A stretch of 64,000 nt of DNA from an uncultured Gemmatimonadales bacterium (GTDB lineage: Bacteria; Gemmatimonadota; Gemmatimonadetes; Gemmatimonadales; GWC2-71-9). The position numbers were made by a program, and so were the translations under genes. The stretch covers positions 783,508 to 847,507 of the forward strand of contig CAWDYU010000001.1 of NCBI GenBank assembly GCA_963806875.1, in the 5' to 3' direction. Shown here piece after piece: positions 59,333-64,000 of this stretch (its first letter is position 1; the number at the start of each line of letters is the position of its first letter). The notes beneath the pieces are model-generated. The model saw only the letters and a list, made by a program, of their open reading frames with translations. It did no database searches and was not told the origin of the DNA.

Positions 59333-61803
59333 CAGGGCACCTTTGCCGGCAGGAGTGCCGCCCAGCGGGCGGCCTGGGCTGGTTTCTGCCACGCGGTATA
59401 GAGGCGCACCAGTCGCGTGTGGGCATCGGTCATCGGCTGCGAGCTCGGTTCCCGGTCGGCAGCCAGCGCGGTCTCGCTCCGCAGCAGCAGTCGCTCGGCC
59501 TCGACGTATCGACCGACACCGGTATAGAAATCACCGAGGATTCCTTCGCTGCTGGCGATGAGCCAGTGGTGCGCCGGCAAGGAGGCGCGACGGAGCGCGA
59601 GACTTTCCTTCAGGTACCGCTCAGCCGCAACAGTCGAGTCGAGATGACTGAGCGAGATGCCCAGTGCCTGCATTGCGGTGGCGATCGCCGGATGCGCGTC
59701 GGGCAAGGTCCTGCCACGGAGGGCCAGCACCTCGCGCGCGCGACCGGCCGCGCGGCTGTACTGCTTCATTCGAGCCAGGAACTGTGCCGACTGGAAGAGC
59801 GCCCAGGCGTAGTCGGGATGCTCGGCTCCGAGGAGGCGTCGCTGCATTGCGAGCGCCGCCTCAGAGACGGAATCAGCCCGGTCGAGGTGCCCGTTGAGTT
59901 CGAGCGAGTACGCGTACTGTGCCATGGCGTTGGCGACCAGCGGATGCTCGGCGCCGTGCGCCCGGCGTGCGGCCGCGACCGATTGGGCGTGCAACGTTTC
60001 GCCCTCGGCGAAGCGGCCCAGTTGGGTGATGACTTGCCCGAGATTGTTGTACGAGAAGAGCAGCAGGGAGTCGTTGTCGGGGGCTACGCGCGCCCGGAAC
60101 TCGAGCGCCTCGCGGTAGAGTTGTGCCGACGCCGGGAGGTCGCCCGCTGCGTCGCGCAGTCGTGCCCGCGAATCGAGGATGCTCGCGCGGGAGAGATCAT
60201 CGGGGGCTGCGTGCCGCTGCACCATCGGATCCGCGATCCGCATCACGGAGTCTGCCTCGGGATAGGCTCCCGTGAACTCGTAGATCCCGCTCACCTTCGA
60301 GAGCAGCGTGCCGGTGGCCAGGTCGCCGTTGGGCGACAGCATGCGCCGCAGTACCACCGCCCGGCTGTACTGCGCCGCGGCGGCTTCGTACTCGCCGAGA
60401 CCGCGATAGGTGTCACCGATCACCTCGCGTATCTCGGCGGCAAGGTCCGGTCGCTCGTCGAGTGAGTCCGCCCGGATTGCGGCGGTGTCGAGCACCTCGC
60501 GCATCGTCACCGAGCGACCGAGCCTGGCCGGGTCGGGGGCGGCAAGCATGGTGGTGAAGAATTCGGTGACAGCCGTGGAGCGATCACGCTGGAGTTCGGC
60601 GGCGCGCGCCTGCCGTGTGCTGAAGACCATCCCACCGACCGACGAACACAGCAGCAGCACCGCGGCGATCGACTCGACGGGGTGGCGTCGAAGGAGCCTG
60701 CGGGTCCGATATCCCCATCCCTCGGGGCGGGCGTGGACCGGGCGCCTGTCGAGCAGCGCCTCGACATCCTGGGCCATCTCATCGACCGATCCGTAGCGAC
60801 GTTCTGCCTCCTTGCGGAGCGCGACAAGAATGATCGCATCGAGGTCGCCGGAGATCCGGCGTCGAAGGGCGGGCGCCGACCGTGCTGCCAGCTTGCGCCA
60901 GCGATCGGGACCGAGCGCTTCGCTGGGCCTGGGCGGCGGTGTGGTACAGACGATCTGCTCGATCTCGGCGATAAGCTTGCCCTGCAAACCAAACGGGCGT
61001 CGGCCGGCGACCAGTTCGAAGAGGAGAACACCGAGCGCGTAGACGTCGGAGGCCACACCGACAGGAAGTCCGCGCACCTGTTCCGGGGAGGCATACTCGG
61101 GCGTGAAGATCCGGGCACCGCCCTGCGTCGCCGGAAGTTGATCGGTCCCCTCTGATACCCGCAGCAGTTTCGCGATTCCGAAGTCGAGGAGCTTCACCGT
61201 GCCCTCGTCGGTCACCAGGATGTTTGCCGGCTTGAGGTCACGGTGGACGACGAGTTGCTGGTGGGCGTGCTGCACCGCCCGGCAGACCTGCAGGAAGACG
61301 AGGAGCCGTCCACGAAGCGGCAGCGTCCTTTCGTCACACCATTCGGTGATCGGGCGACCCTGCACGTACTCCATCACGAAGTAGGGCTGGCCGTCGTCGG
61401 TCACGCCGCCATCGATGAGTGCTCCGATGTGGGGATGACTCAGGTTGGCCAGGATCTGCCGTTCGTAGCGGAATCGCCGAATGGCGAGATCACTCTCGAC
61501 GCCCCGCTGCAGGAACTTGATCGCCACGCGCCGGTCGAATCCCGGGTCGGCGCGGATGCCTTCGTACACGATGCCCATCCCGCCGACACCGATCTGCCGG
61601 ATGACACGGTACGATCCGACCTCCGTCCCCGACCGGTCACTCCGGTCGGCCAGCGTGAACCCCGGTTCCCGGGAGATACGGGTCTGCAGCGTGGCGCCGG
61701 TCTGCCGGTGCGCAGTGAGCAGGGCGCGCACCTCGTGACGCAGCGCCGCGTCGTCGGGGGAAGCGGCCTCCAGGAACGCGTCGAGGTCGGGCGGGTTGCT
61801 CAT
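59332..61803 (-). CDS. Ser/Thr protein kinase - TM - TPR repeat protein with an N-terminal extension (ECF-sigma-associated type)
   Basis: Start taken at MSNPPDLDAFLEAASPDDAALRHEVRALL. Kinase motifs (GVGGMGIVYEG, VAIKFL, HRDLKPANILV, DFGIAK), TM helix (IAAVLLLCSSVGGMVF) and a long TPR region. Confidence 0.85.
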   Translation of the reverse strand: MSNPPDLDAFLEAASPDDAALRHEVRALLTAHRQTGATLQTRISREPGFTLADRSDRSGTEVGSYRVIRQIGVGGMGIVYEGIRADPGFDRRVAIKFLQRGVESDLAIRRFRYERQILANLSHPHIGALIDGGVTDDGQPYFVMEYVQGRPITEWCDERTLPLRGRLLVFLQVCRAVQHAHQQLVVHRDLKPANILVTDEGTVKLLDFGIAKLLRVSEGTDQLPATQGGARIFTPEYASPEQVRGLPVGVASDVYALGVLLFELVAGRRPFGLQGKLIAEIEQIVCTTPPPRPSEALGPDRWRKLAARSAPALRRRISGDLDAIILVALRKEAERRYGSVDEMAQDVEALLDRRPVHARPEGWGYRTRRLLRRHPVESIAAVLLLCSSVGGMVFSTRQARAAELQRDRSTAVTEFFTTMLAAPDPARLGRSVTMREVLDTAAIRADSLDERPDLAAEIREVIGDTYRGLGEYEAAAAQYSRAVVLRRMLSPNGDLATGTLLSKVSGIYEFTGAYPEADSVMRIADPMVQRHAAPDDLSRASILDSRARLRDAAGDLPASAQLYREALEFRARVAPDNDSLLLFSYNNLGQVITQLGRFAEGETLHAQSVAAARRAHGAEHPLVANAMAQYAYSLELNGHLDRADSVSEAALAMQRRLLGAEHPDYAWALFQSAQFLARMKQYSRAAGRAREVLALRGRTLPDAHPAIATAMQALGISLSHLDSTVAAERYLKESLALRRASLPAHHWLIASSEGILGDFYTGVGRYVEAERLLLRSETALAADREPSSQPMTDAHTRLVRLYTAWQKPAQAARWAALLPAKVP

Positions 61804-61909
61804 CGAGCGCCTGTTCGAACAGCCCCTTGATGCGCGCCAGGCGAGTCGGCGTCCAGTCTGGAGTCTGGACCATGTCAGGACACGCGGCGTTGTTGGCTGA
61901 AGTCGCTCA

Positions 61910-62489
61910 TCAGTGCGCGGGCGAGGCGCCGCCCATGGCGTGCAGCAGGAAGGCCCGGGCGAAGGTCCAGTCACGCTTCACGGTGGCGGGGGAGATCTCC
62001 AGCGCCTCGGCGGTCTCGTCGATCGAGAGCCCGCCGAAGAAGCGGAGCTCCACCACTCGGCCCTGGCGCGGATCCAGCGCCTCGAGGCGCTCGAGGGCGT
62101 CGTTGAGGGCGAGCACATCGAGTTCGCGGTCGCAGGCATCTCCGATGGACTCGTCGAGGGTGACCCGGATCCCATGGTCGCGCTTGATGGTCCGGCGCTT
62201 GCGCGCCTGGTCGATCAGGATCCGGCGGATCGCCTGGGAGGCGATGCCATAGAACTGCGACCGGTTCTGCCAGTTGGCGTTCCGCTGGCCGACCGTCCGC
62301 ATGAACGCCTCATGGACCAGTTCGGTCGGCTGCAGGGTGTGGCCGGCCGATTCCCGCTGCATCGCGAAGGTGGCCAGCTTGTGAAGCTCGGCGTAGACCA
62401 GTGGCGCGAGCTGCATCTGCGGCGGCCGCGTTGCCGGCGCTCAGGTCTGCGAGCAGCCGGGTGACCTCGTGTTCGGGCGCGTCGGGCAT
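61910..62489 (-). pseudogene. ECF-type RNA polymerase sigma factor (TIGR02999 / kinase-associated ECF43-like), one frame change
   Basis: MPDAPEHEVTRLLADLSAGNAAAADA in one frame, then LAPLVYAELHKLATFAMQRESAGHTLQPTELVHEAFMR...RVVELRFFGGLSIDETAEALEISPATVKRDW in another (shift near 62420). No anti-sigma gene is adjacent; the next gene is a Ser/Thr kinase. Confidence 0.75.
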
Positions 62490-62648
62490 GAAACCCCTTT
62501 GGGCTCGGGGTCGGGAGTGCATGGGGATGTCGGCGTCGGGACCCGGAAAGTAGCCCGAAGCGGCTCGCGGGACGAGAGTTCCATGCGATGAGCCGATTTC
62601 GGGGTCGCTCACGCGTGTGAGAGGAACCCGATCCAGGAGCCCACTCGC

Positions 62649-63247
62649 ATGCGCACCACCATCACCGCCATTGCCGTTCGTCGCCCTGCTGCCAGCGCTT
62701 GCACCGCTGCAGGCGCAATCCGCCCAGCGGTTCTCTGCGCAGGGATCACTGCTTCACGTGTCACCGTCCGGTGACGCGTATGAAGGTCTGGGCTCCGGCC
62801 TCGGATTCGAGGCGCAGCTCCGCTATACGCCGAGCGCGTTCTCGATCGGCCTCGGCTACCAGAGTTCGTCGCACGACATTGATTTCGAGGGACTTCACCG
62901 GCGAGACCGCCAAGATCTCCGGCGTGTTCCTCGAGCCGCGCTATGTGATCGATGTCGGCAGCATGGCCTACGCGCCCTACATCGCGGGACGGCTCGCGCT
63001 ACTCAAGCAGTCGATCGACATCGATGCGCTCGAGGCGAGCGCCAGCGGGACGCAGATCAATATCGGCGGTGGTGTGCTGGTGCGGCTCACGCCGCGGATC
63101 AACCTCGACCTGGGCGCCACGTACGGCGCGATCGATTTCGACGACGTCGAAGTGACGCTCGACGGCGAGACCGCCACCATCGCCGACAGCGGCGGCAGCG
63201 GCAAGAACCTGGTGCTCCGCGCCGGCCTGACGATCGGCATCAAGTAG
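62649..63247 (+). pseudogene. Small outer-membrane beta-barrel protein, 2 frame changes
   Basis: ATG with AGGAG 9 nt upstream. The signal peptide (...FVALLPALAPLQAQ) and alternating beta-strand pattern end in ...NLVLRAGLTIGIK, spread over three frames (shifts near 62675 and 62890). Confidence 0.6.
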
Positions 63248-63289
63248 ACGCACGGAACCGCGTGCCCGGTGGGCGGCGTATCTTTCGGT

Positions 63290-64000
63290 ATGCCGCCCAC
63301 CACGCATCTCGCTCCTGACGAACTGCTCCGCTACGCCCGCCACCTGACGCTTCCAGAGGTCGGCGTGAGCGGCCAGGAGAAACTCAAGGCAGCCCGCGTG
63401 CTGCTGATCGGTGCCGGGCGGCCTGGGCTCACCGGCCGCGCTCTACCTCACCGCCGCCGGGGTGGGCACCATCGGCATCATCGACGCCGATGTGGTCGAC
63501 GCCTCCAACCTGCAGCGACAGGTGCTCCACGACACTCAGTCGATCGGTGATCTCAAGGTCGAGTCGGCACGGCGACGGATGAACGCACTCAACCCGTTCG
63601 TGACGGTGGAGCCAATCAACGAACGGCTCACCTCCGCGAATGCCCGGGAGATCGTTTCCCGCTACGACATCATCCTCGATGGCAGCGACAACTTCCCGAC
63701 CCGCTACCTCGTCAACGATGCCTGCGTGCTGGAGAAGAAGCCGTTCGTGTACGGCAGCATCTTCCGCTTCGAGGGGCAACTCTCGCTCTTCGGCACGCCA
63801 GGCGGCCCGTGCTACCGCTGCCTCTTTGCCGACCCGCCCGATCCCGAACTCGTGCCCAGTTGCATCGAGGCCGGCGTGCTCGGCGTGCTGCCCGGCCTGG
63901 TCGGCACGCTCCAGGCGCTCGAGGTCCTGAAGTGGATCATCGGGACGGGAACCAGCGCCGCGGGGCGGTTGTTGCTCATCGATGCACATGACCTCCGCTT
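63290..64000 (+). pseudogene. ThiF/MoeB-family adenylyltransferase (MoeB-like), one frame change; 3' end outside the window
   Basis: LLRYARHLTLPEVGVSGQEKLKAARVLLIGAG, then after an extra G near 63418 GLGSPAALYLTAAGVGTIGIIDADVVDASNLQRQ...DGSDNFPTRYLVNDAC...PCYRCLF. The frame remains open to the window edge. Confidence 0.75.

Noticed and set aside
62490-62648. GGAAC-containing motifs (GGAACC at about 62624 on the plus strand; GGAACT on the minus strand upstream of the sigma gene) as possible ECF-type -35 boxes.
   Set aside because: I found no convincing CGT-type -10 element at the expected 16-17 nt spacing. The plus-strand motif is too close to the OMP start codon. A single pentamer is not evidence.

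Overview
This is a high-GC (roughly 68-70% by eye) bacterial chromosomal segment with tightly packed genes. Many neighbouring genes share 4-nt start/stop overlaps (ATGA/GTGA/TGATG). The gene content is reminiscent of Gemmatimonadota/Acidobacteriota-type genomes: TonB-ExbB-ExbD-ExbD-TonB, many TPR-linked Ser/Thr kinases, and RCC1/BIG2 lipoproteins. That placement is an impression only and cannot be verified here. I can support about 58 protein-coding loci, one tRNA-Ala(TGC), a few hairpin or repeat elements and a few terminators. I see no rRNA, CRISPR array, transposase, integrase or phage genes.

Gene content from left to right:
- secreted peptidases (M1, M28), an RCC1/BIG2 lipoprotein, a parvulin-type PPIase, and sodA plus a peroxiredoxin
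- a histidine kinase / OmpR-type regulator / histidine kinase triad
- a Ton energy-transduction cluster
- an amino-sugar/muropeptide recycling cluster (NamZ-like DUF1343, NagZ, an AmiE-like serine hydrolase, a sodium:solute symporter, a BadF-type sugar kinase)
- an inositol-lipid module (CDP-alcohol phosphatidyltransferase plus inositol-3-phosphate synthase)
- DUF47 + PiT, a 2-oxoacid dehydrogenase E1a/E1b/E2 operon, trxB, aspA, and an HPF/RaiA-like protein

The most unusual part is a 13.6-kb same-strand island at 48.9-62.5 kb. It encodes an ECF sigma factor, four Ser/Thr kinases, an FHA-TM-trypsin-like protease fusion, a trypsin-fold lipoprotein with all three catalytic residues replaced, and PilT. 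One of the kinases appears fused through a periplasmic PEGA-like domain to a PP2C phosphatase.

Caveat: from about 21 kb onward at least 30 +/-1 frame changes interrupt 18 otherwise well-conserved genes, and none is seen in the first 21 kb. I list those loci as pseudogenes, but the pattern looks more like indel sequencing or assembly error than gene decay.
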